This document shows positions 33,001 through 42,518 of a DNA stretch of 64,000 nucleotides, in pieces (within the stretch, counting starts at the first letter, position 1; the number at the start of each line of letters is the position of its first letter). The position numbers and the translations under genes were made by a program. The notes beneath the pieces were generated by a model. It made no database searches. It was given only the letters and a program-made list of their open reading frames with translations, and had not been told where the DNA came from. The DNA is from Verrucomicrobiaceae bacterium (GTDB lineage: Bacteria; Verrucomicrobiota; Verrucomicrobiia; Verrucomicrobiales; Akkermansiaceae), in the NCBI GenBank assembly GCA_051252135.1, contig JBPOGH010000015.1, forward strand, positions 1-64,000, in the 5' to 3' direction.

Positions 33001-34118
33001 CCCGCTGGGGAGACTACCGCCGTGACGTCCAGGCCGCCGGCGGATGGTCCTCCTCGGACTTCGATCTCTACACCCGCGATGACCACTACTACCCCATCCA
33101 GGACTACATCACCGGCACCTACCTCCAGCAACGCCCCGACATCTACCTCGACCAACTCCGCGCCCGCAATCTCTACCCGGATGTCGATGCCCCCACCTAC
33201 TCCCACCTCGCCAACACCCTCTCCATGACCAATCCAAATACCGGAGGCACCATCTACTACACCACCGATGGCACCGACCCCCGCGATCCCGCCGCCCAAA
33301 CCTACACCGGCCCCATCACCCTCACCGCTTCCGCCACCTACAATTCCCGCGTCCTGCAGAACGGCGAGTGGTCCGCCCTCCAATCCCTCGACATCCTCAC
33401 CGGCATCCCCGCCCGCGATTCCAACCTCATCATCTCGGAAATCTACTACAACGAGCCCGGCCCCACCGAAACCAACGAGTTTATCGAACTCACCAACTTC
33501 TCACCCCAACTCATCGACCTGAGCAACCTCTCCTTCTCCGCCGGCATCACCTACACCTTCCCCGTCGGCACCACCCTCGCCCCCGGCGCACAACTCATCC
33601 TCACCCCCGCCGACTACCAAGGCTCCCTCGATAACGACGGCGAAACCATCACCCTCATCGACGCCCTCGGCTTCCTCATCGACTCCGTCACTTACAATGA
33701 CGCCGCCCCCTGGCCCCTCGCAGCCGATGGCGACGGCTACTCCCTCGTCCGCATCTCCCCCTCCTCCCAACTCCCTGGAGACGACCCCGCCTCCTGGCGC
33801 CTCTCCACCGCCCTCGGCGGAAATCCCGGCACCTCCGACTCCTCCACCTTCCCCGGCGGAGACCTCATCGCCTACGCCCTCCAGGGAAACCCCATCACCT
33901 TCAGCCCCAATCTCGACGCCCTCATCGTCCCCCGCAACCTCGCCGCCGATGACCTCATCACCACCGTCCAGGTCTCCACCGATCTCTCCACCTGGACCTC
34001 CCTCACCACCATCCAGGCCGAAACCCTCCCCACCAACGGCGTCACCCAACAAACCTTCCCCCTCCCCCCCGGCACCCCAAAACACTTCGCCCGCCTCAAA
34101 GCCACCCTCCGCCCCTAG
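30087..34118 (+). CDS. Secreted LamG / lamin-tail / Fn3-associated / CotH-kinase-like protein
   Basis: Signal MTKLLALF; LamG (FGGALDDLAIF); lamin-tail ISEFVASN and ISEIYYN; IYYTTDG x2; CotH-like LYINGIYWGIYHIHERPD, NNDWDGHNW, PWDTE. Confidence 0.85.
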   Translation: MTKLLALFLLLLAPLRADLVAHYALDETDPASTTVSDSLGKNPGTLIGSASPTKNFTSPLNVGYDFPTRSGFKIDPAPEVQPTDQFTITWWFRPTTLDQFDRFFETLSGTGNSGSGIRIDLGSAPGNKVRALLRDGNGSTNTSVTNSLTLSTGNWYFAALRYDSLDGTCQLTVLQDTGGNITASTIASATTTDSSLGTNALSHNTGVFIAADDSSAATSNDFGGALDDLAIFQTGDKFGVLSDADLAEVYNNGALAFDPPAPVPTINFFTATNTSVNSGDSVTLGWSVTDADSVEITPTIGSVLPNGNTTFTASLTEVYTLTATNAEGSTTSTLQITVDGLALPPRISEFVASNSSFDDGDGNSTDWIEIQNSNTTPFDLSGYHLTDDAANLTKWTFPANTSLTGEEHIVVFASGTGTPDSAGNLHTNFSLKSDGEYLALIAPNGSTILQQFAPYPVQKTNTSYTSSGYLATPTPRAPNTGTPQQGYVTDTSFDIDRGHYTSPFNLTISSSTPDAQIYYTTDGTPPSPANGTLYTAPVNIATTTVLRAAAFKDNFLPTNVDTQSYLFLNDVINQPNNPPNTTTTWAGRIADYGMDPDIVNHPDYASEIIPALEKFSTLSLTIDPDDFYGTQGIYQNPQSDGPNWERPVSAELIAHNGSESGFQIDAGLRIQGGSSRNPDTPKHSLSLRFRNDYGAGKLNYPLFRDAPHGRTAVEKFDTLQLRSGYNFGWTHRHFWQADKAQYARDQFVNDLFLELNNTGIHGRWIHLYINGIYWGIYHIHERPDQDFMESYFGGQDADYDAINSGEATSGTTAAFLAMANVAKGNIASSSVYNTMKTHLNVDSFIDYMLINLYVGNNDWDGHNWRAAGTGPTGVPFHVIPWDTEFAISPNRTDPAYLDIANALNIDRTGLNGNNRPTGIHQDLSQNAEYRLRFADRAHHAFFNNGPLSPTGATAIWRQRSDDMGLAIVAESARWGDYRRDVQAAGGWSSSDFDLYTRDDHYYPIQDYITGTYLQQRPDIYLDQLRARNLYPDVDAPTYSHLANTLSMTNPNTGGTIYYTTDGTDPRDPAAQTYTGPITLTASATYNSRVLQNGEWSALQSLDILTGIPARDSNLIISEIYYNEPGPTETNEFIELTNFSPQLIDLSNLSFSAGITYTFPVGTTLAPGAQLILTPADYQGSLDNDGETITLIDALGFLIDSVTYNDAAPWPLAADGDGYSLVRISPSSQLPGDDPASWRLSTALGGNPGTSDSSTFPGGDLIAYALQGNPITFSPNLDALIVPRNLAADDLITTVQVSTDLSTWTSLTTIQAETLPTNGVTQQTFPLPPGTPKHFARLKATLRP

Positions 34119-34395
34119 CCCCCCCCAAAAGGCAGGGACCGATCTCCGGGCGGTCCGGTTGCGTCCCCCTCTGTCCCCCCAACCAAGCCTTCAACGTTCA
34201 AATCTCACTGTTCAATATTCAGAGTTCCCCCCCAACCAAGCCCCCCCAACCAAGCTATCCCTTCCATCCTGTCCATCTGTGGTTATTCCTCCCCCCCCAA
34301 CCAAGAATTCAAAGTCCAGAGTTCAACGTTCATCCTCCTCCCCACCCAAGAATTCAAAGTTCAGAGTTCAAAGTTCAGCGTTCAGAGTTCAGCCT
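34119..34395 (+). repeat. Intergenic mosaic: REP-like hairpin, CAACCAAG junctions and GTTCA(G/A)A heptamers
   Basis: GGCAGGGACCGATCTCCGGGCGGTCCG at 34131; four CAACCAAG copies; heptamer run 34350-34392. Confidence 0.8.
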
Positions 34396-34400
34396 CCCCC

Positions 34401-36617
<2,217 letters not shown>

Positions 36618-36642
36618 AAAAAGGAGTCGCGGCGCCCCCGCC

Positions 36643-36962
36643 GCCCCCCAACCAAGCCCCCACAACCAAGCCCAAGGCAGGGACCGATCTCCGGGCGGTC
36701 CGGTTGCATCCCGCTCTGTCCCCCCAACCAAGCTAAGGAGAGTGGGCATCCTGCCCGCCCCCCCTACCAAGCCCCCTCAACAAAGCCCAAGGCAGGGACC
36801 GATCTCCGAGCGGTCCGGTTGCATCCCGCTCTGCCCCCCAACCAAGCTAAGGAGAGTGGGCATCCTGCCCGCCCCCCCAACCAAGCACCCTCAACCAATC
36901 CCAAGGCAGGGACCGATCTCCGAGCGGTCCGGTTGCGTCCCCGCACTGCCCCCCAACCAAGC
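36643..36962 (+). repeat. BIME-like tandem of ~115-bp units with alternating REP-like hairpins
   Basis: GGCAGGGACCGATCTCCGRGCGGTCCG x3 alternating with GGAGAGTGGGCATCCTGCCCGC x2, each preceded by CCAAG-type motifs. Confidence 0.88.
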
Positions 36963-36970
36963 CCTCCCAT

Positions 36971-37058
36971 TGAGCTGAAGGCTCAAAAGAACAAAGCCCA
37001 TGGCTTCAGCCATGGGATTCAAATCCAAAAAATATCAGCGCCCTGAAAGGTCGCAGAA
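36971..37058 (+). repeat. REP-like element, copy 1
   Basis: TGAGCTGAAGGCTCAAAAGAACAAAGCCCATGGCTTCAGCCATGGG...AGCGCCCTGAAAGGTCGC. Confidence 0.8.
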
Positions 37059-37071
37059 ACTCCCTCCCCCC

Positions 37072-37821
37072 CTAAAACGCCCATCGCATCCCAACACCCC
37101 CGTGAAAAAAGTCGATCAACAGATCGTCCCCGGCCAACGTTGCCTCTCTCCCCAAAGCCCAATTGTAAACGCCGTGCACGGTCAGCGAGACCGAATCGGT
37201 AAGCGCATACTCCGCCCCCAATCGCACCGCCAGGTTGTTGAACCCATCGTGCCCATCGCTCACATAATTTTGGTTCATCCCGATCGGAATCGAAACATTG
37301 ATCGCGAGACGATCACTGAGCGAAAACTCCCGGCTCGCCGTAAGCTCGGCGAAATACCCGTCGGCATCGAACGAATAATAGAAATCGGCCGCGAGCTCCA
37401 CCTCCAGATGCAGCCCCGACCACGAAACCCCGGCTCCGATCTCGTTGTCGAACGTCCCGTCAAAAGGAAATCGGAGATGGGTGTATCCCCCGTAAAAATC
37501 AACATCTCCAATGCTCCGGGCCAGCGTGAGACTCAGCTGCAACTCGTCATACCCCTGATCCGGCGAAAACCCATACCAGATCCCCCCTGCCACATACTCG
37601 GAGCCCAGCTCGATACTGCTCGTAAACAAGGAATCCCCGCCCAAGGAATCCCGCCCTTCCGAGAGATAACGACTCTCCCACCCCAGCCGCACCTGCGTCT
37701 CCACCACCTCGCGAACGTGAGGGTGCGCAAACCGAAGCTGCCCCTCCGTTTCGTGCCCGAACGCCGGCACCACACTCACGGCACCACAAAAAAGTAACAT
37801 AGGAGAAACATTCCGGATCAT
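37072..37821 (-). CDS. Putative outer-membrane beta-barrel (TorF-like porin)
   Basis: Signal peptide, SRYLSEGRD, amphipathic strands, terminal GVGMRWAF. Confidence 0.65.
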   Translation of the reverse strand: MIRNVSPMLLFCGAVSVVPAFGHETEGQLRFAHPHVREVVETQVRLGWESRYLSEGRDSLGGDSLFTSSIELGSEYVAGGIWYGFSPDQGYDELQLSLTLARSIGDVDFYGGYTHLRFPFDGTFDNEIGAGVSWSGLHLEVELAADFYYSFDADGYFAELTASREFSLSDRLAINVSIPIGMNQNYVSDGHDGFNNLAVRLGAEYALTDSVSLTVHGVYNWALGREATLAGDDLLIDFFHGGVGMRWAF

Positions 37822-37936
37822 CTGCAGGGGGGACTCACTCACGTCCCGCCACACCATAAAAGCCCCCCACCCCTCGAACAAGCGATATCAAGACCCCAAG
37901 CCCCCCTTCACCTTCAAAAAAACCCAAGCCAAAAAA

Positions 37937-38024
37937 TGAGCTGAAAGCTCAAAAGAACAAAGCCCATGGCTTCAGCCATGGGTCCCCAATCGAAAGAAAA
38001 CAGCGCCCTGAAAGGTCGCCAGAA
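37937..38024 (+). repeat. REP-like element, copy 2
   Basis: Near-identical arms to 36971-37058, same orientation. Confidence 0.8.
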
Positions 38025-38154
38025 TCCCCCGAAAATCCCAACACCCTCTCAACCCAAGGCTAGAAAAAAAACGCCACGCTCCCACCACCCCACAACCAAG
38101 CCATCATCGTTCAAATCTCACTATTCGATCCTCAGAGTTCGCTCCCTTATCCAT

Positions 38155-38246
38155 CGCCCCAAGGGGGCAAAATAACCTAGCCTGGGGCAAAGCAACGCGG
38201 CGCCCTAGGATCCCAAACCGATGAGCGCCCAAGCCCTGTAAGGGCC
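38155..38246 (+). repeat. REP-like hairpin element
   Basis: GCCCCAAGGGGGC...CCTGGGGC...GCCCTAGG...GCCCTGTAAGGGC; related to 55233-55277. Confidence 0.6.
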
Positions 38247-38354
38247 ACACAATCTTCCGACCACACCACCAAATCACCGCTGATGTTTCATCTCAGAATC
38301 TTGTTCGCTTGTTGGGTTTCTGAGGCGCGACCGCTCAAGCTCTTCCTGGTGGCA

Positions 38355-38669
38355 CTAACGTGTATGCTCGTCTCCGATCAATGCTCGAGGAGAGATGCTG
38401 CTAATGTCACCCTCGAATTCAAGTAGGCAGGTCATACCCGAGGAAATCTCGTCAAACTCTCTGACGTAAGCCTCGATTCGAGCTACCTTAAGTTCGATTG
38501 GCTGGGCGAAGAATAGTTCCGACCATACCTCGTCGTTCTCGTTGTGGTATTCAGATCGATACTCGACCGTGAATCGGTCCCCGACACGAATGTCTCCACC
38601 GCACACACGACCCGCGAAACCGTTATTCCCGAGGTTGTGATCTGTGACGAATGAGAGGTATCGGGCCAT
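38355..38669 (-). CDS. Hypothetical protein (cassette-like gene)
   Basis: 104-aa ORF starting 14 nt after an attC-like site; beta-rich. Confidence 0.7.
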   Translation of the reverse strand: MARYLSFVTDHNLGNNGFAGRVCGGDIRVGDRFTVEYRSEYHNENDEVWSELFFAQPIELKVARIEAYVREFDEISSGMTCLLEFEGDISSISPRALIGDEHTR

Positions 38670-38682
38670 CTTCTTTTTCTGA

Positions 38683-38821
38683 GCATAACGTTCAGGAACT
38701 GGCGACCCATACCGTATGGTGCCGAACAGCTTCCAATTACCAACCGATATCCAGCGCAGCCGGAAAACTCAAACTGAACTTTCAGCGCGGCACGCGGTCG
38801 CCCAGCTTCCGATTGTTCTCC
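38683..38821 (-). mobile_element. attC-like recombination site 1
   Basis: Gene-strand GGAGAAC...GTTATGC; arms GGAACTGGCGACC / GGTCGCCCAGCTTCC with two bulged bases; 139 bp. Confidence 0.7.
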
Positions 38822-38844
38822 AAATTTGATTCTTTGAGTGTCGT

Positions 38845-39093
38845 TTAGAAAGACTCTGCTGAATTCTCGAACAAACCACAGAAGCAACACCATCTGTGGA
38901 ATCCTTCAGAATCTCTCAGCAAGGAACTCATCTTGCTCGTTCCGCAATGACCACAGTCAACCTCACAACTCTCGTTCTCAAAGGCTTCATACGAACAATT
39001 CCCACAAAACCAAATCGTGAATGGACTGACCTCTTCATCAATTGACCAAGTGAAGTTCTTTGTCTCGCATTTAGGGCATATCTGAAGAGCCAT
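38845..39093 (-). CDS. Small Cys-rich Zn-ribbon protein (cassette-like gene)
   Basis: MALQICPKC...CGNC...CGHC...CCFC; start just after attC-like site 2. Confidence 0.7.
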   Translation of the reverse strand: MALQICPKCETKNFTWSIDEEVSPFTIWFCGNCSYEAFENESCEVDCGHCGTSKMSSLLRDSEGFHRWCCFCGLFENSAESF

Positions 39094-39100
39094 ATCTAAT

Positions 39101-39237
39101 GGAAAACGTTGAGGAACTTGCAACCCATCCCGATGGTGCCGGCCAGCTTCCAATTGCCGAAGGGTATCCAGCGGGGCCGAAAAACTCAAATTCAACTTTC
39201 ACCGCTTGATGTGGTAGCCAGCTTCAGCTTGTTCCGC
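39101..39237 (-). mobile_element. attC-like recombination site 2
   Basis: Gene-strand GCGGAAC...GTTTTCC; 137 bp; aligns end to end with site 1. Confidence 0.65.
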
Positions 39238-39678
39238 TTTTTCGTTGTTTGCTTCGCTTGAGAAGATGGCGGCCTCTCCACCGACTGCGAAAGGAGCCTC
39301 TGTGACAATCTCTCCGGAATCGCTGATGGCATATGGGAAAATTACCACTCTTGAATAGTCGTCGCGATGATCAACCTCGAAAGCAATCGCATCCTGCTTC
39401 TCAGTTCGATTCGGCGGCACAGTTCTAATGTCGTATACTGTGCAAGATGCACGAATCACACCAGCTTGAGCCTGCTCTCGATGTGCTTCCCTAAGAATGT
39501 GAATCAAAGGATGCGATTCTGAGATCTCCTCACCGGTAGTCGCCCCTACGTGAACGATCTCGCCGCCGATAGCCATTCTTCCACCATAAGGAAGAAACTC
39601 TTGGTGCTTTCCGAGCATCTGCTTTGCAAATGGCATAAACTCGTCGACCAATTTTTGAGCATCCTGTTTAGCTGTCAT
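39199..39678 (-). CDS. Hypothetical protein (cassette-like gene)
   Basis: 159-aa ORF (FAKQML...EFLPYG...IFPY); last codons read into attC-like site 2. Confidence 0.75.
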   Translation of the reverse strand: MTAKQDAQKLVDEFMPFAKQMLGKHQEFLPYGGRMAIGGEIVHVGATTGEEISESHPLIHILREAHREQAQAGVIRASCTVYDIRTVPPNRTEKQDAIAFEVDHRDDYSRVVIFPYAISDSGEIVTEAPFAVGGEAAIFSSEANNEKAEQAEAGYHIKR

Positions 39679-39679
39679 G

Positions 39680-39883
39680 CTAGTCGCTCTTTATTAAATG
39701 GGTGATGTCGTGAAACGCGTCGTCACGCCCGCCTGAAGATCGAGAAATCGAAAAGAAGACAGGTCCAAACTTGGTGTTGAACTTGGCGTTCTCAAACTGA
39801 TCCAGCTCAGTATTAGCGAAACGATACAGGAGCCTAACCATTTGTTTGTGCTCTTCATCGGTGAGCTTCGATTCCAAATCCAT
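39680..39883 (-). CDS. Small hypothetical protein
   Basis: MDLESKLTDEE...FNTKFGPVFFSISR; stop lies 1 nt before the next ATG. Confidence 0.6.
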   Translation of the reverse strand: MDLESKLTDEEHKQMVRLLYRFANTELDQFENAKFNTKFGPVFFSISRSSGGRDDAFHDITHLIKSD

Positions 39884-40053
39884 TATTAAGCAGTAAAGTA
39901 AGGTTATCCTGCTTGCGTAGCAAGTTGCGATCACCCCCCTATAACCCCCCATTCGCTCCGCTCCAATTCTAATCATCCACCCAATTCATCAAGCTCTCAA
40001 TCCAGCCCTACAAATTATATCTTCCCACCAACCGCTCTCCAAGACCTCACCGT

Positions 40054-40671
40054 TCAAATCTCAAAGTCCCCCCTCTTCCTCCTCCCCCACGCCACCAAAA
40101 ATCCCCCGATCGCTCCCCCTAGGTGTCCCTCCCAACTCAAATTCGCCGACCTCACCGCTTCCGTCGGCAACATCGTCATCAACGCCCCCCAAAAAAACAC
40201 CACCACCAACACCGCGAGCACAATCGACTTCGGCGTCTTCTGATAATACCCCGACGCGATCAAAAAACCAACGTAGCCAAACACCACCGAGCTCGCCCCG
40301 ATATGCACCGAGTCCGAAGCCCCGATCACCCACACGATCACTCCCGCCACCAACCCGGACACCACCGAGACCACGAAAAGATCTCTCCACCCCGAGGTCA
40401 AAAGAGCCGCTCCCAAAATCAAGAGCGCAATCGAATTACTCACCAGATGCCCAAACCCCGCATGGAGAAACGGCGCAAAAAGAATCCCCTCCAAATGCGA
40501 AAACTCCCGCGGATGAATCCCCCACATCTCCAGCCGACTCCCCAAGAGCAGACAATCGAGCAACTCGATCACCCACAGCACCGCAATCACCCAGACAAAG
40601 CTCCGCAGCCGCCCCCAATAAGACAAAGGTGGCACCGCCAACGGATCGACATCTTGAACCGGACTACTCAT
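40054..40671 (-). CDS. Rhomboid-family intramembrane serine protease
   Basis: PFLHAGFGHLVSN, HIGASS, SWEGHLGG. Confidence 0.88.
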   Translation of the reverse strand: MSSPVQDVDPLAVPPLSYWGRLRSFVWVIAVLWVIELLDCLLLGSRLEMWGIHPREFSHLEGILFAPFLHAGFGHLVSNSIALLILGAALLTSGWRDLFVVSVVSGLVAGVIVWVIGASDSVHIGASSVVFGYVGFLIASGYYQKTPKSIVLAVLVVVFFWGALMTMLPTEAVRSANLSWEGHLGGAIGGFLVAWGRRKRGDFEI

Positions 40672-40694
40672 TTGAAGTCCTCAACCTATCGCGA

Positions 40695-41174
40695 TCACCC
40701 CTTCAGCTCCATCACGATATTCGCTCTCGAATAAAGCGGATGCGGCCCCGTGTGCGTCGCCACAAAACCGTATTTCAAATAAAGCTGAATCGCCGCCTCA
40801 AGCTTCGTATTCGAAACCAAATAAACCTTCTTCGCCCCCACCTCACGCGCCTTCGCAAGGCAGACCGTCATCAGCTGATCACCAATCCCCCTCCCCTGAC
40901 ACCCCGGACTCACTGCCATCCGGGCCAATTCAAAAACTCCCTCTCCCTCACAAAAAAGCGCACACACCCCAACCACTTCACCTCCCTCGGCAAGGCTGAA
41001 AACAAAGCCTCCCTCATCAATGATCTTCCCCGGGTCCGCCGCCAGTTTGTGATCGGTTTCTTCCAGAGAAAAATAGGTCCTGATCCATTCCTCATTCAAC
41101 CTGATGAACGACTCAAGATGCTCCCGATTATTTTCGTGCCTCTCCATCTCAATCACATTCGACTTACTCTCCAT
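40695..41174 (-). CDS. GNAT acetyltransferase
   Basis: LNEEWI..YF, ELARMAVSP..QGRGIG, AIQLYLKYGF. Confidence 0.85.
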   Translation of the reverse strand: MESKSNVIEMERHENNREHLESFIRLNEEWIRTYFSLEETDHKLAADPGKIIDEGGFVFSLAEGGEVVGVCALFCEGEGVFELARMAVSPGCQGRGIGDQLMTVCLAKAREVGAKKVYLVSNTKLEAAIQLYLKYGFVATHTGPHPLYSRANIVMELKG

Positions 41175-41784
41175 CCCTGCCAACCGAAGCACCACCATGA
41201 CGCCACAACCGGGTTTCCAAATGCTTCCGCACCCCGGGCCATTCCGATTTCACGATCGAGTAAAACACACTATCCCTCACACTCCCGTCACCACGCAACG
41301 AATGGTGCCGGATCACCCCGTCTTTCTTCGCACCCAACGCTTCAATTGCCGCTTGGGAACGGTGGTTAAAAAAGTCCGTCCGAAAACCCACCACCCCGCA
41401 GCCCAGCACATCGAAAGCATACTCCAGCAGCAGAAGCTTACACGCCGAGTTCACATGCGTCCTCTGATGACTCGCGCCATACCACGTGTAACCAATCTCC
41501 ACCCGATCAACCTCCGGCAGAATGTCGTGAAATCGTGTCGACCCCAACACGTTCCCGGATTGCTCATCCACCACCGCCCATGGACACATCTGCCCGTCCG
41601 CATGACCGGCAAGCGCCCTCTCAATGTATTCCGCAACAGAGTCAGCTTGGGGAACCTGCGTAAAAAACAGATTCCACAACTCACCATCGGACGCCGCCAA
41701 TCCCAGCCCCTCGACATGCTCCATCCCCAACGGCTCCAACCGCACACCGTGGCCACTCAGTATCGCAGGAACAACTTGAATCAT
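41164..41784 (-). CDS. RimJ/RimL-type GNAT acetyltransferase
   Basis: VRLEPL, EIGYTWY, KLLLLEYAF, NHRSQAAIEALGA..DGVIR. Confidence 0.88.
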   Translation of the reverse strand: MIQVVPAILSGHGVRLEPLGMEHVEGLGLAASDGELWNLFFTQVPQADSVAEYIERALAGHADGQMCPWAVVDEQSGNVLGSTRFHDILPEVDRVEIGYTWYGASHQRTHVNSACKLLLLEYAFDVLGCGVVGFRTDFFNHRSQAAIEALGAKKDGVIRHHSLRGDGSVRDSVFYSIVKSEWPGVRKHLETRLWRHGGASVGRDGE

Positions 41785-41887
41785 GTGAAAATATTTACGG
41801 ATTCAGAATCGCGCCCATCAAAATCCGGCACGAACCTTTGTGATGCTATTGATCTAAAAAACATGACGCAAGATTCAACTCCCCACT

Positions 41888-42490
41888 CTACTTCACCCTC
41901 ACCACCACCCGCACCGGATGCCCCACCTTCGGCAACGCCTTCCCGTTCGGAACATGAATCTCATCATTACCCCGACTCTTCCCGCCATACTGAATCAAGG
42001 CCGTCGGATCATGAATGATGGAAACAAAGGGCGCGTCCACAAACCTCTTCGCCTCCTTCCCCTTCGGTCCATAACTCCACTTCGCCTGCAAGGTCTCTCC
42101 TTTATGCGGCTCCGTCAGTAAAACCGACTTCTCCAACGCCAACTTTCCATCCGGCCCGTTCGCCTTCCAACGCACCTCCACCGTCACCGCCTTGGAATCC
42201 TCCCCCTCTTTTCCCAATCCCAAGAGCAAAGCCGCCAGATGCACATGAAAGGGATCCGCTTCGCTCAAAAAAACCGCCTCGTGCGCCTTCGATCTCGGAG
42301 TCACCAAAAGATACTCCACCGGCCCCTCCCGCATGTGCACCTTCGCCGGAATCGTGATGCTCCGCTCCGTCTGGCTCACGATCACCTTCCCAATCTGAAA
42401 ACGCCCTTCACCCAACTCCGTCATCGCCACCTCTTCCGCTCCCAAAGTCGACGCCACCAATGCCACCAGACTGGTAACAAATTGGCACAT
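41888..42490 (-). CDS. YdjY-like exported protein
   Basis: Signal peptide; GPVEYLLV...KAHEAVF...PFHVHLAALLLG; start estimated. Confidence 0.55.
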   Translation of the reverse strand: MCQFVTSLVALVASTLGAEEVAMTELGEGRFQIGKVIVSQTERSITIPAKVHMREGPVEYLLVTPRSKAHEAVFLSEADPFHVHLAALLLGLGKEGEDSKAVTVEVRWKANGPDGKLALEKSVLLTEPHKGETLQAKWSYGPKGKEAKRFVDAPFVSIIHDPTALIQYGGKSRGNDEIHVPNGKALPKVGHPVRVVVRVK

Positions 42491-42518
42491 TATTGACTTC
42501 AACACTCCTTTCCGATAG

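Noticed and set aside
36643..36962. Possible CRISPR array
   Set aside because: Whole ~115-bp units repeat with no unique spacers, which fits a BIME-like tandem
39948..39955. attI site at gene-strand GTTATAG
   Set aside because: A 7-nt core alone is weak evidence, and the neighbouring gene is a rhomboid rather than an integrase
42483..42498. Second sigma-54 promoter (TGGCAC...TTGA)
   Set aside because: Spacing is one base short and the -12 GC is missing
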